A stretch of 64,000 bases of DNA from a virus. The notes under the pieces were generated by a model. The model saw only the letters and a program-made list of their open reading frames with translations. It made no database searches and had not been told where the DNA came from. A program made the translations under genes and the position numbers. This document shows positions 26,672 to 37,354 of this stretch, piece by piece. Position 1 is the stretch's first letter, and each line of letters starts with the position of its first letter. Location of the stretch: positions 11,109 through 75,108 of IMG/VR virus record IMGVR_UViG_3300032315_001657; one strand, given 5' to 3'.

Positions 26672-27506
26672 AATTGGAGTAGGAATTATAACTTGTGATA
26701 GACCTGATTACCTTAAAGGTCTTCTTAATTCTTTAGACGGGGTAAATATCGATTGTCTTTACATCATTAATGATGGTAAACCTTTAAAAGAGCACAATCT
26801 TAATATTGAGCTAAATGAGAGACTTTGTTTATATGAACAAATACCTCAAAGACAAGGGGTTGCGAAAGCTAAAAACCAGGCAATGAAGTATCTTCTTAAC
26901 AAAAATTGTGATTATATTTTTGTAATAGAAGAAGATATGCTAATCTTAGATAAAGAAGTATTTAACAAGTATATCGAGGCGCATAAACTATCAGGCATTC
27001 ATCACTTTAACTACGGGCCCGGATCACCTTTTAATCGTAAACAAAATATTCAATTTGATCTTTATAATAGACATTTACTCAAACAAGATACGGAAGTTAA
27101 TCCAAAGCTCATTATTGAATATTCTAAAGATATTAAAGTAGCTCTATATGAACATACTGTTGCTATGTTTTCTTTTTTTACTAAAGAAATTTTAGAAAAA
27201 GTGGGGTTAATTGACGAGCAGTTTTATAATGCCTGGGAGCATGTAGACCATACATATAGGATCATAAAAGCAGGTTACCATCCACCTTTTTGGTGGTTTG
27301 CAGATCTCGCTGATAGTCATAAACTCTTAACAGAAGCACCTGGAGCTATTGATAATTCTTCTATCGCGAATAAATCTGATGAATGGGCTAAAAATGTTTA
27401 TGGGGGTAGAGAAATATACCTTAAGAAGCACGGACATTATCCCAATCAACCTCCTTTTGTTTCTAAAGAAGAGGTTATAAAAATTATTAAAAAATTAAAG
27501 TCATGA
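26661..27506 (+). CDS. GT2-family glycosyltransferase
   Basis: IITCDR, INDG, GVAKAKN, EEDM, VGLIDE..WEHVD. Confidence 0.8.
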   Translation: MSTKIGVGIITCDRPDYLKGLLNSLDGVNIDCLYIINDGKPLKEHNLNIELNERLCLYEQIPQRQGVAKAKNQAMKYLLNKNCDYIFVIEEDMLILDKEVFNKYIEAHKLSGIHHFNYGPGSPFNRKQNIQFDLYNRHLLKQDTEVNPKLIIEYSKDIKVALYEHTVAMFSFFTKEILEKVGLIDEQFYNAWEHVDHTYRIIKAGYHPPFWWFADLADSHKLLTEAPGAIDNSSIANKSDEWAKNVYGGREIYLKKHGHYPNQPPFVSKEEVIKIIKKLKS

Positions 27507-28090
27507 TATTATCAGAAAATGAATTAGATAGTCAAAATTTAGATGAATTTACAGAACTTTTAAAAGAGTATATAAAGTTAAAACCTTATTGTTTTATAGA
27601 GATTGGTTCTATGTATGGCTGGTCTTTACAACATTTTATACATTACAGTGAAGAAGGTTCAACGGGTATTGCAATTGATTTACCAGTCCGACACTTTGTA
27701 GGCTCTAATGATTGGAGAGTAGAAAAACAAGAATTAAATTATAAAAATGTTTGGCCTAAATGGGCTAAAGAAAAAAAATGTAAATTGTACTTATTACCTT
27801 GTTGTTCTTATAAACCTGAAACGTTATTAAAGGTAAAAGAAATTATAAAAGACAAAAAAATAGATTTTCTTTTTATTGATGGAGATCATCGCTATGAGGC
27901 AATTAAAAATGATTATAATTTATATTCACCGCTTGTTAGAGATGGCGGAGTGATTGCTTTTCATGATATCGGAGAAAATGAAGAGGGTGGCGGTCGCATG
28001 TTTTGGGATGAAATAAAAAATAACTTCAAACATAAAGAAATTTTAAAGGATTCAAATAAAGGTAAAGGAATAGGTATTTTGTATGTCTAA
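27503..28090 (+). CDS. Class I SAM methyltransferase (Methyltransf_24)
   Basis: EIGSMYG, DFLFIDGDH, GGVIAFHD. Confidence 0.85.
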   Translation: MILSENELDSQNLDEFTELLKEYIKLKPYCFIEIGSMYGWSLQHFIHYSEEGSTGIAIDLPVRHFVGSNDWRVEKQELNYKNVWPKWAKEKKCKLYLLPCCSYKPETLLKVKEIIKDKKIDFLFIDGDHRYEAIKNDYNLYSPLVRDGGVIAFHDIGENEEGGGRMFWDEIKNNFKHKEILKDSNKGKGIGILYV

Positions 28091-28907
28091 AATTGCAGTC
28101 GGAACAAACCTATTTGGTTATGGTAGTCGCCAAGAATTTGGTATTCAAAGCCTCCTAAAATGTAAGGAAAAAATGCCTGATCAAATTGATCTGTTTAATT
28201 TACAATTTAAAAACGAAAAAGATATTCGGGAACAGGAAGGATTTATAACTCTAAAATGTCTAGAAAAAACTAGTAAAGATGTTTGTAACGGTGATAGAGG
28301 TTTACCGATTGTACGTGAGATGTTTGATTGTCTTGCAGATCTAAATTACGATTATTTTTGTTTTATTAATTCTGATATAATAGTCTCTTTAAACTTTTTT
28401 AAAGAATTAGAAAATAATAAGAGTTATGATGCTTATATCGGTTCTCGATTAGCTATTGAGAAGGAAAACGTAAAAGACCTCAATTTTGAAATAAGACTCA
28501 ACGACCCAACTTCCCCTGTTAAAAACAGTCATTATCAAGTTTCAGGATTTGATACATTTACAATTAATACGAAGTGGTGGAAAGAAAATCGTAATTTATT
28601 TCCAGAATACGTATACGCAGTAGTGTATTGGGATACCCACTACGCCACTTTATTGCTAAAAAACGGTAATACGTTTATGCAAAATAAAAAACCAACTTTA
28701 TTTCATATTATTCATGAAGATGCATCTTCTGCTCAATGCATCGAATTTACTTACAATCAAAGCACATTTTATAATAATTACAGAGAAGATTTTGATAGAT
28801 GGCATTATTATTTTTTTAATGTACTCGTAAAACGAGGAGTAGAACAAAATTATTTGCATCCTTTTAAAAATGAGTTAGAATTAGAAAAACAATACTTTAA
28901 AACATGA
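28083..28907 (+). CDS. Putative GT-A glycosyltransferase
   Basis: FINSDII DxD-like motif, GFDTF, WD; cluster context. Confidence 0.55.
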   Translation: MSKIAVGTNLFGYGSRQEFGIQSLLKCKEKMPDQIDLFNLQFKNEKDIREQEGFITLKCLEKTSKDVCNGDRGLPIVREMFDCLADLNYDYFCFINSDIIVSLNFFKELENNKSYDAYIGSRLAIEKENVKDLNFEIRLNDPTSPVKNSHYQVSGFDTFTINTKWWKENRNLFPEYVYAVVYWDTHYATLLLKNGNTFMQNKKPTLFHIIHEDASSAQCIEFTYNQSTFYNNYREDFDRWHYYFFNVLVKRGVEQNYLHPFKNELELEKQYFKT

Positions 28908-29773
28908 TCGTACAAATTACAATGACAAGAAATGAATGCTTTTTGCTTAAAGAACTCTTACCTCTTTGGCAAAAATATGCTGACGGCTTTATATTTTACA
29001 ACCATTTTTCTGACGACGGTACTGCTGAGTTTTTAGAGGCTAATAAAGAAAAATATAATATATTAAAAGTAATTACCCCCGATCCTAATGAAACAGACCC
29101 GTCAAATCCTTACGCTATTATGGAAACATCTATGCGTCAACAATTATTTGATGAGGCCTTAAAATATACAAATAATATTATCTGTTTAGACAGTGATGAA
29201 TACTTCGACGGAAAAATGACGAAACAGGATTTAGTATTAACTCTTGAAAAATACCCAAATACTATTTTTTACAGCTTATGGGCACAGTATGCAAGTAAAA
29301 ACACATTAAGAGTAGATGGTGATTGGTCAAGATCTTTCAACGACCGTATTGGTAACTATCAACAGCGTTTTGAAATACCAATAAGATCTCGACATTCCCT
29401 ACATATGCCCCCTGCCTTAAATGTTGCTCGAATTAATCCAGAAGATCTTTTTATAGCACATTTACAATGGATAGATAAAAGATGGGTAGGGGTTAAACAG
29501 TATTTTTGGAAGGTTACAGATTATGTGATGCATAAAAACTGTGGTTTTACAGATATTGTAGGTAAAGAAGCGTATGATAACTCTATTAATAATTTTACCT
29601 GGTCTTATGCCCCTGCTTCAATAGAACTTAAAGTTCCAGAAGATATTTACAAAATTCAAGACATTAAAAATAATTACAAATTAAAAGAAATTGTTAAATT
29701 TACAAAACAATATAATATACCTAATCTCGGGGATTGGGGAATGGGTATTTATGAATACTGTTTAAAACATTGA
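28904..29773 (+). CDS. GT2-like glycosyltransferase
   Basis: TRNE, SDDGTAE, CLDSDE. Confidence 0.7.
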   Translation: MIVQITMTRNECFLLKELLPLWQKYADGFIFYNHFSDDGTAEFLEANKEKYNILKVITPDPNETDPSNPYAIMETSMRQQLFDEALKYTNNIICLDSDEYFDGKMTKQDLVLTLEKYPNTIFYSLWAQYASKNTLRVDGDWSRSFNDRIGNYQQRFEIPIRSRHSLHMPPALNVARINPEDLFIAHLQWIDKRWVGVKQYFWKVTDYVMHKNCGFTDIVGKEAYDNSINNFTWSYAPASIELKVPEDIYKIQDIKNNYKLKEIVKFTKQYNIPNLGDWGMGIYEYCLKH

Positions 29774-29806
29774 CTTACTTTATTTTTAGTATAGAATATA
29801 CATTAT

Positions 29807-31135
29807 ATGGTGACAAAAGAAGAAATATTAAAACTTGTAGGCAGTTTTATAAGTGAAAAAAATGCAAATAAAAAATGGGAAGCAGGCAAAGACTGGGTTC
29901 AATATGCAGGTCCCTGTTTTGACGAACAGGAATATATTGCTTCAATAGAAACTCTACTAGATGGGTGGTTAGTTCTAGGTAAAAAGGGTATTAGTTTTGA
30001 AAATATTTTTCCAAAACACCTTAATAAAGATTATGGTATACTTACAAATAGTGGTAGTAGCTCTAATTTAATTATGATGTCTGCTTTAACATCAAAGAGA
30101 CTATACAACTTACAAAAAGGCACCAAGGTTATTACACCTATTGCAGGTTTTCCAACTACAATTAACCCTATTTTTCAATTAGGGTTTGAACCACTATTTG
30201 TTGATATAGATCTTGACACACTTAATCTAAATTTAGAACAGGTCGAATTACGTGCAAAAGAAGGAGCAAAGGTTATTACATTTGCTCATGTACTCGGTAA
30301 TCCTCCTAATATGGATGAATTAATGTGTATTATTGAAAAATATAATCTTATTTTACTTGAAGATTGTTGTGACGCGCTTGGATCTACATATGACGGAAAA
30401 CCGCTTGGCTCGTTCGGAGAATTTGCTAGCTGTTCCTTCTATCCAGCTCATCATATTACAATGGGAGAGGGTGGGTTTGTTGCCTGTAAGACCCACCAGC
30501 AAGAGATTATTGCACGTAGCTTTAGAGAATGGGGCCGCGGTTGTTATTGTATTGGAATGAAAGCTGGTCTACTTAAAAATGGTACTTGTGGAAATAGATT
30601 TGATAACTGGCTACCTTCATTACCAGATGAAATTTTTGATCACAAGTACGTATATGATGAAATAGGTTATAACCTGAAGCCTATTGAAGTGCAGGCAGCA
30701 ATGGGACTTGAGCAAATTAAAAAACTCCCTTATATTAATGAAAGACGTAATCACAATCATAAACGCTTGTGTGAAATATTTAGCAAATATGAAGAGTGCT
30801 TTATTATACCTAAAGCAACTGAAAAGAGTGACCCGAGTTGGTTTGCTTTTGCTGTAACTATTAAAGACGGTACTAATTTTAAGAGACGGGATATTATTAA
30901 TCATTTTGAAAGTAATAAAATTCAAACCCGTCCATACTTTGCTGGTAATATTATGCTGCAACCAGCATATGAGGGTTTAATGAATCAACAAGACGTTATT
31001 AAAAATTACCCTAATGCAAGAAAAGTAACTACTGATACCTTTTTTCTTGGAACAAGTCCGGTTATAACCGATGAGCAATTAGATTATATAGAAATAATAT
31101 TAAAAGATTTCTTTAAAGAAAACTCCCTATTATAA
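29807..31135 (+). CDS. rfbH: NDP-4-keto-6-deoxyglucose 3-dehydrase (RfbH/DdhC, E1)
   Basis: NSGSSSNL, EDCCDALG, SFYPAHHITMGEGG (His in place of the Schiff-base Lys), WGRGCYC...TC Fe-S motif, DHKY. Confidence 0.92.
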   Translation: MVTKEEILKLVGSFISEKNANKKWEAGKDWVQYAGPCFDEQEYIASIETLLDGWLVLGKKGISFENIFPKHLNKDYGILTNSGSSSNLIMMSALTSKRLYNLQKGTKVITPIAGFPTTINPIFQLGFEPLFVDIDLDTLNLNLEQVELRAKEGAKVITFAHVLGNPPNMDELMCIIEKYNLILLEDCCDALGSTYDGKPLGSFGEFASCSFYPAHHITMGEGGFVACKTHQQEIIARSFREWGRGCYCIGMKAGLLKNGTCGNRFDNWLPSLPDEIFDHKYVYDEIGYNLKPIEVQAAMGLEQIKKLPYINERRNHNHKRLCEIFSKYEECFIIPKATEKSDPSWFAFAVTIKDGTNFKRRDIINHFESNKIQTRPYFAGNIMLQPAYEGLMNQQDVIKNYPNARKVTTDTFFLGTSPVITDEQLDYIEIILKDFFKENSLL

Positions 31136-31142
31136 TACCTAT

Positions 31143-31808
31143 ATGAGTAAACTAGATTTAACTAATACAACCCTGTGGTGTTTAAATGGTATTAATCCTG
31201 AGCTCGGTGTACAGGCATTACGATATAGTATGAAAAGTTTACAATTTAAAAAAGCTTTACTATTCTCCCATATCAAACCAAACAATCTAACACCAGATAT
31301 TGAATTTATTAAAATTGATAAGATTGATCATACAATGTCAAGCTATTTTTCTATGAAGGGAATTTACCCGTATATCGATACAGATTATAGCTTATCAATT
31401 CATGATGATGGTTTTGTTATTAACCCACATCTATGGAACCCGGAATGGTTAAAATATGATTATATAGGGGCACCTTGGGCTGTGGGTCATGTACACAGAG
31501 TAGGCAATGGAGGGTTTTGTTTAAAGAGTAAAAAGTTTATAGATGTATGTCAAACAGTTCCCTGGAATGGCGAACATGATGATACGCATACCTGTATGAC
31601 GTATCATGACTATTTTGTTGAACAAGGGTGTAGATTTGCACCGGTGGAAGTAGCAATGAAATTTTCTCTCGAATCTAAGATACCTGAATGTGATTATAAT
31701 TTAGATAATTGTTTCGGTTTTCATGGTCGAGGGGAGGTCTACCCTACTAATCAAGATGGAGGTCAACAATTTAAAGATAAAATAAAATTGCTTGACAATA
31801 TACCTTGA
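31143..31808 (+). CDS. DUF5672-family glycosyltransferase-like protein
   Basis: HDDGFV, YDYIGAPW, VGNGGFCLKS, FGFH. Confidence 0.8.
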   Translation: MSKLDLTNTTLWCLNGINPELGVQALRYSMKSLQFKKALLFSHIKPNNLTPDIEFIKIDKIDHTMSSYFSMKGIYPYIDTDYSLSIHDDGFVINPHLWNPEWLKYDYIGAPWAVGHVHRVGNGGFCLKSKKFIDVCQTVPWNGEHDDTHTCMTYHDYFVEQGCRFAPVEVAMKFSLESKIPECDYNLDNCFGFHGRGEVYPTNQDGGQQFKDKIKLLDNIP

Positions 31809-31838
31809 TTTACCTTATTTTAAGCTATAATATAATAT

Positions 31839-32669
31839 ATGAACTCTCATGATAAGCTAAGTATTCTTAAGTCTCTTTTAAATATAGAATTAAAGCACGA
31901 ACCGTTCACTTACGGTGTTATTGATAACTTTTTGCCACACGATCTTGCTAAAAACTTAGCTAAAGAATTTCCGGATTTTAATGACGAAGTTTGGTTTAAC
32001 TACAAAAATCAGATTGAAGATAAAAAACTTTTAAGTGATTGGAGAAAATTTCCTAAAGAAACATATCAAATATTTAGTTTTTTAAACTCAAACCTTATAC
32101 TCGAAACTCTTTCAACAATTATAGGTACAAAATTACAAGAAGATCATGGACTACATGGGGGCGGGTGGCACATTCATGCAAATGGTGGGAAGCTAAACCC
32201 TCACTTAGATTATTCGTTACACCCATCACTTAAACTTCAGCGTAAGCTTAACTTGATTGTGTACCTTTGTGAAGACTGGAAGGAAGAATATGGTGGCCAT
32301 TTCGGTCTCTGGAATTGTGACCCTGAAACTAAAAGAGCAGGTAAGCTACACACAGAACTACCAGTAGCATTTAATAGAGCTGTTATTTTTGATACTACTC
32401 AGGGTTCCTGGCACGGCTTGAGTCGTGAAGTTAGTTGCCCTAATGACAAATACAGAAAAAGTCTTGCTGTATATTATTTGTGTGAGCCCCCTGTCAATGC
32501 TGACAGTAGAAGCAGAGCTTTGTTTGCTGCAACAGAAGAACAGCAAGACAATAAAGAAATCAAAGAGTTAATTCAAAAACGCTCAGTTGAATCATCAGCA
32601 AAAAATGTCTACGTCCAAAAATACAACAATCCCACGTCTACAGATAAACCTGTTTACGTGCAACCCTAA
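31839..32669 (+). CDS. 2OG-Fe(II) oxygenase (prolyl-hydroxylase-like)
   Basis: IDNFLP, HLD, FNRAVIF, SWHG, RKS. Confidence 0.88.
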   Translation: MNSHDKLSILKSLLNIELKHEPFTYGVIDNFLPHDLAKNLAKEFPDFNDEVWFNYKNQIEDKKLLSDWRKFPKETYQIFSFLNSNLILETLSTIIGTKLQEDHGLHGGGWHIHANGGKLNPHLDYSLHPSLKLQRKLNLIVYLCEDWKEEYGGHFGLWNCDPETKRAGKLHTELPVAFNRAVIFDTTQGSWHGLSREVSCPNDKYRKSLAVYYLCEPPVNADSRSRALFAATEEQQDNKEIKELIQKRSVESSAKNVYVQKYNNPTSTDKPVYVQP

Positions 32670-33591
32670 AAAAAACAGATCAAGATTTACTCTTCGTATG
32701 ATCGAAGAGTTACTGAAATGTAAATATTTAAATCAGTGTAGCCTGTTTATTTACACTGAAAGAGATGGCGTAGACACGTTAAAACAGTTTTTTAGTTCAA
32801 AAAAAACAGAGCTTACAACATCTTTAGTTGTTTTAGGAGACTCGAATTACACTGACAGAGTTAAAAATGCACATAAAAGTATAGCTGAATTTTCTTGTAA
32901 GATGGATGATGACGTCTTAATGAGTCATTATGTATGGGACTTTTTATTTGAAAGCTTAGATAAGATTACATCAGAACATCCAATTATATCTCCTATTTTT
33001 ACAAACGGTATTCCATCAGCTAATACCTTTGTTGAAGATTTTATAGAAAGACAAGAAGATGTACAAACCGCTCACAATTGGTTTTTAACAGAACGTATTG
33101 CTGACACAGAATGGGGATTAAATTATACACCTATTAATGAAAAACTGAGTAGTATGAAGTTATGGTGTGATAGGGAGTATTGGGAAGCAGTTACGGATAT
33201 TAATACCGAATGGGATACGAGACCTTTACCCTGGTATTACTTTATGGTACGTGGTGTACATCCTGCTAGATACTCAAGACATTACAATATGTTTATCGCA
33301 GATCAAATTATTAACAATAAAGATAAATTTTTTAGAAAAAATAATTACTGGCTGGATACAATTACAGCTCCTTACTTTTGTAATAATTTATTTGTCGCTA
33401 AGACAGAGTATTGGAAGAACTCTGCTAATCTGTTTACTGATGGCTGGGATGAAGGTCAATTAACATTACAAATGAAACTTGATAACACTACCCCGCTTTA
33501 TATAAGAAATGGTTTTGCTATTCATATGGCGTATGGTATGACGCGTAACCAACAAGAAATTGAAACATACTATATGCAACATTTAACATAA
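32605..33591 (+). CDS. Putative glycosyltransferase
   Basis: KMDDDV DxD motif, DEGQL, H.AYG; cluster context. Confidence 0.5.
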   Translation: MSTSKNTTIPRLQINLFTCNPKKNRSRFTLRMIEELLKCKYLNQCSLFIYTERDGVDTLKQFFSSKKTELTTSLVVLGDSNYTDRVKNAHKSIAEFSCKMDDDVLMSHYVWDFLFESLDKITSEHPIISPIFTNGIPSANTFVEDFIERQEDVQTAHNWFLTERIADTEWGLNYTPINEKLSSMKLWCDREYWEAVTDINTEWDTRPLPWYYFMVRGVHPARYSRHYNMFIADQIINNKDKFFRKNNYWLDTITAPYFCNNLFVAKTEYWKNSANLFTDGWDEGQLTLQMKLDNTTPLYIRNGFAIHMAYGMTRNQQEIETYYMQHLT

Positions 33592-33592
33592 T

Positions 33593-34369
33593 ATGAAATA
33601 CGTAATAATTAAAAATAATGGAGATTGTGGTTTGTGTGGTTATGTTTGGCAGGTATTACGAGCAATACATAAGTACCCGAACCGCAAATACTATATTGAT
33701 TTTTCACAAGGGTGCAAGTATCAAGATGCTTATATTACAGATACCGGAAATGTATGGGAGTACTATTTTAAACAACCAGGGAATTCAACATACCCTCTTA
33801 GTAGTGATATCGAGATAATATTAGAATCTATTATAGACGAGCCAGAGAGTGAATTTCGAGATATTTACATGGTAAATCCTACCCTCGAATATATTTCTAA
33901 CCGTCGTTACGAATTTAATAAAATTCTAACTGAAAATATACATTTACAGCCAGCCATAGAAAAAAAAATACAAAAATTTATTACTGACAATTTCACTAAT
34001 AAGCGTGTATTAGGTGTACATTTTAGAGGAACTGATCATCCTGATAAGCAATCTGTTTTTAATTACTTTCAAAGTATAAAAGATAAAGCTGCTAATTATG
34101 ATGTTATTTTCTGTGCATCCGATGAAGAATATCGCATAAATGCTCTCAAAGCTGTTTTTGGAAAAAAGGTAGTAAACTATAATAGTATCCGTAGTGAATC
34201 TGAACAACCTCTTCATTATAGTAATAAACCTAAATTTAAAATAGGGGAAGATGTAATAATAGAAACATATATTATGGCTAATACAGATTTTTTATTTTGC
34301 TGCAGTAATTCAAATGTAAATTATCTTGCAAGAGCTATAAATCCGAAATTAGAATCGATAGCATTATAA
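33593..34369 (+). CDS. NodZ/GT23-like fucosyltransferase-fold protein
   Basis: LGVHFRGTD, IFCASD, SNSNV. Confidence 0.75.
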   Translation: MKYVIIKNNGDCGLCGYVWQVLRAIHKYPNRKYYIDFSQGCKYQDAYITDTGNVWEYYFKQPGNSTYPLSSDIEIILESIIDEPESEFRDIYMVNPTLEYISNRRYEFNKILTENIHLQPAIEKKIQKFITDNFTNKRVLGVHFRGTDHPDKQSVFNYFQSIKDKAANYDVIFCASDEEYRINALKAVFGKKVVNYNSIRSESEQPLHYSNKPKFKIGEDVIIETYIMANTDFLFCCSNSNVNYLARAINPKLESIAL

Positions 34370-34373
34370 CAAT

Positions 34374-35228
34374 ATGTCAGATAAAATTTCTGTATTTGGT
34401 TCAACGGGGTTTATTGGTAAAAGATTTTGTGAATTATATAAAGATGATGTAGTACAAATTGAACGCAATACATATTCTTCTGATACTAATAATATTTTAT
34501 ATATGATTAGCACTGTAGATAACTACAATGTTCATAGTGATTTACACATTGATGTGGATACTAATTTAACGGTGCTCTTAAAAGTAATCGATAATATTAA
34601 AGATAAAAAAGATGTTATCTTTAATTTTATTAGTTCTTGGTTTGTATATGGAAAAAACAACGAAATTCCATTTAGAGAAGATTACTCTAAATGTAGTCCA
34701 ACGGGATTTTATTCTATAACCAAACATTGTGCAGAACAATTATTAATTTCGTTTTGCGAAACATACGATATCAAATATAGAATATTTCGACTAGCAAATG
34801 TAATTGGAGAAGGAGATACAAAGATATCAAAGAAAAAAAATGCTCTGCAGTTCCTTATTAAAGAAATAGTTCACAATAATGAAGTCCCACTATATTATGG
34901 AGGAGAAGTATTAAGAGATTATATCTACGTAGATGACGTATGTGATGCAATTAAACTTTGTATGGACAAAGCTCCAACTGATCAAATTATTAATATAGGT
35001 AGCGGAAAACCGTATAGATTTTTAGATTTAATTGAGAATGCAATTGCTTACTCTAATTCTACTTCGGAAATTAAAGAAATTAAACCAACAAATTTTCATA
35101 ATATAGTACAAGTACGACATTCATATCTCAATACGACTAAATTACAATCATACGGGTTTGAAATAAAGTACAATATTAATACTATAGTAGAACGTCTTGT
35201 TGATTTTTATAGACAAAACAGTAAATAA
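34374..35228 (+). CDS. NAD-dependent epimerase/dehydratase (extended SDR)
   Basis: GSTGFIG, SSWFVYG, YSITK, RDYIYVDD. Confidence 0.88.
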   Translation: MSDKISVFGSTGFIGKRFCELYKDDVVQIERNTYSSDTNNILYMISTVDNYNVHSDLHIDVDTNLTVLLKVIDNIKDKKDVIFNFISSWFVYGKNNEIPFREDYSKCSPTGFYSITKHCAEQLLISFCETYDIKYRIFRLANVIGEGDTKISKKKNALQFLIKEIVHNNEVPLYYGGEVLRDYIYVDDVCDAIKLCMDKAPTDQIINIGSGKPYRFLDLIENAIAYSNSTSEIKEIKPTNFHNIVQVRHSYLNTTKLQSYGFEIKYNINTIVERLVDFYRQNSK

Positions 35229-35241
35229 GATAAATTTTAAA

Positions 35242-36189
35242 ATGAAAAAAGTTGTATATATAACTGGCTGCCTTGGTTTTATCGGTTCATATATTGTTAG
35301 AGCTTGTCTTTTAAAGGGTTGGTACGTAAAAGGCGTGGATAAAATTACATACGCCGCTAATAGAACATTACTAAAAGAGTTTAATGATTATACCAATTTC
35401 ACTTTTGTAAATTGTGATATAAATGAATTAAAATTTTTGTACGAGTGTGACTATATTATTAATACTGCTGCGGAAACACATGTTGGTAATTCTATTGCAA
35501 ATAGTGACGAGTTTGTGAGCTCCAACATTACAGGGGTTCACAATATTCTTGAGTTAATTAAAAATTATAGACAGGAAACTAATAGAAAACCAATATTAAT
35601 ACATTTTAGTACTGATGAGGTATATGGAGACATAATTAAAGGTGCTCATACAGAAGCAGACTTACTTAAACCTAGCAACCCATATTCTGCTACAAAAGCT
35701 GCAGCTGACATGTTAGTAATTGCTTGGAATAGAACCTACAATATACCTTATATTATTGTAAGACCTACTAACAATTATGGTATTGGACAATATGTAGAAA
35801 AGCTTATACCTAAAGCTTGTAAATACTTAATGCTTGATAAAAAACTACCATTACATAATAATGGTACACCTATACGCAATTGGCTTCATGCTCGAGACAC
35901 TGCATCAGCAATTATTAAGATAATTGAAAGTAGTGTTAAAAATGAAATATACAATATTAACGGTGATTACGAGCAAAGTAATTATCAAACATTTGAAAAA
36001 ATAGTAGCTCTTTATGATAAAAAGAACGTTGAAGATTATATAGATTTTTCCTACAATAGAGAAGGTCAAGATTTGAGATATGCTCTTGATGATAGTAAAT
36101 TAAGAAATTTAGGATGGAAACCAGAAGCTGACTTTAATAAAGAACTTTTTGAGATTGTGAAATACTATAAAGAAAAATATATATGGTAA
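35242..36189 (+). CDS. rfbB: dTDP-glucose 4,6-dehydratase
   Basis: TGCLGFIG, DKITYA, AAETHV, STDEVYG, PYSATKAAAD, NNYG. Confidence 0.9.
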   Translation: MKKVVYITGCLGFIGSYIVRACLLKGWYVKGVDKITYAANRTLLKEFNDYTNFTFVNCDINELKFLYECDYIINTAAETHVGNSIANSDEFVSSNITGVHNILELIKNYRQETNRKPILIHFSTDEVYGDIIKGAHTEADLLKPSNPYSATKAAADMLVIAWNRTYNIPYIIVRPTNNYGIGQYVEKLIPKACKYLMLDKKLPLHNNGTPIRNWLHARDTASAIIKIIESSVKNEIYNINGDYEQSNYQTFEKIVALYDKKNVEDYIDFSYNREGQDLRYALDDSKLRNLGWKPEADFNKELFEIVKYYKEKYIW

Positions 36190-36812
36190 CTGCAGAAGAG
36201 TTGATAAAATTTGAGCGAGAAATCGGGGATACGTTTGATAGTGGTGCAATTAAAGCCCCTATTCATCTATATCACGGCAATGAAGATGTAATGCTTGAGA
36301 TTTTTAAGTATATTAATATTGAAGAAGACTGGGTGTGTTGTACTTGGCGAAATCATTATCAAGGACTTTTAAAGGGTATACCTCAAAATGTTTTAAAGGA
36401 AAATATTGTTAGCGGTAAGTCAATGGTTCTAACGTTACCAGAGTATAAATTTATTTGTAGCTCAATTGTAGGGGGTATACCCTCTATTGCAGCTGGTATT
36501 GCGTTATCAATTAAATTAAAAGGCAAGACAAATAAAGTTTGGTGTTGGGTTGGAGACATGAGTGCAGAAACTGGAGCGTTTCATGAAGCTTATAAATACA
36601 GCCTAAATCACAATTTACCTATCACTTTTATTATTGAGGATAATAAAAAATCAGTATGTACCCCAACGGCCCCTATTTGGGGTAGAGAAAATCCGTATTA
36701 TCTTAATACAGAATATACAGGCGGGATAGTTAAACAAAAAAACTTAATTTATTATCAATATAGTAATACTGAGTACCCTCACGCAGGGGCAGGTAAGCGT
36801 GTCCAGTTTTAA
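36183..36812 (+). CDS. TPP-dependent enzyme, E1-alpha-like subunit
   Basis: HLYHGNE, TWRNH, SIVGG, GD...EDN TPP motif. Confidence 0.85.
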   Translation: MVTAEELIKFEREIGDTFDSGAIKAPIHLYHGNEDVMLEIFKYINIEEDWVCCTWRNHYQGLLKGIPQNVLKENIVSGKSMVLTLPEYKFICSSIVGGIPSIAAGIALSIKLKGKTNKVWCWVGDMSAETGAFHEAYKYSLNHNLPITFIIEDNKKSVCTPTAPIWGRENPYYLNTEYTGGIVKQKNLIYYQYSNTEYPHAGAGKRVQF

Positions 36813-36817
36813 ATAAT

Positions 36818-37354
36818 ATGAAATATTTTAATGAATTAAAAAAAGCTATGACTATACTAGCTGAACACCCTAATACTATTTTTATTGGTCAAGCAGTAGA
36901 GTATGAGGGTACAGGTCTTTACGATTCTTTAGAGCATCTCCCTAAACATAAAAAAATGGAACTACCTGTTGCTGAATATTTGCAGTCAGGAATTGCTAAC
37001 GGTTTAGCTATAGAGGGAATGATACCTGTATCTATTTTTCCGAGATGGAATTTTTTACTTATGGGCACTGATCAAATTATTAATCATCTTGATAAATTTT
37101 CTTTAATGTCAAGAGGTGGATGTAATCCAAAAGTAATAATTAGAGTTGCCGCAGGTAGTGAAAGACCTGTTGATCCGCAAGATCAACATAAAGGAAATTT
37201 CAGTGAGGCATTTAGACTAATGTGTAAAACACTTGATATAATAGAACTGTTTGAGCCTGAAGATATTGTTCCCAGTTATGAAAAAGCTCTAAACAGAACT
37301 GATGGTAGGAGCACTATCTTAGTTGAGTTTGGAGATTTTAGTAAAGAAAAATGA
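36818..37354 (+). CDS. TPP-dependent enzyme, E1-beta/transketolase pyrimidine-binding subunit
   Basis: IGQAV, ELPVAE, GLAIEG, DQIIN, QH. Confidence 0.85.
   Translation: MKYFNELKKAMTILAEHPNTIFIGQAVEYEGTGLYDSLEHLPKHKKMELPVAEYLQSGIANGLAIEGMIPVSIFPRWNFLLMGTDQIINHLDKFSLMSRGGCNPKVIIRVAAGSERPVDPQDQHKGNFSEAFRLMCKTLDIIELFEPEDIVPSYEKALNRTDGRSTILVEFGDFSKEK

Noticed and set aside
36183-37354. Pyruvate dehydrogenase auxiliary metabolic gene
   Set aside because: Subunits are truncated, E2/E3 are absent and the context is NDP-sugar synthesis.
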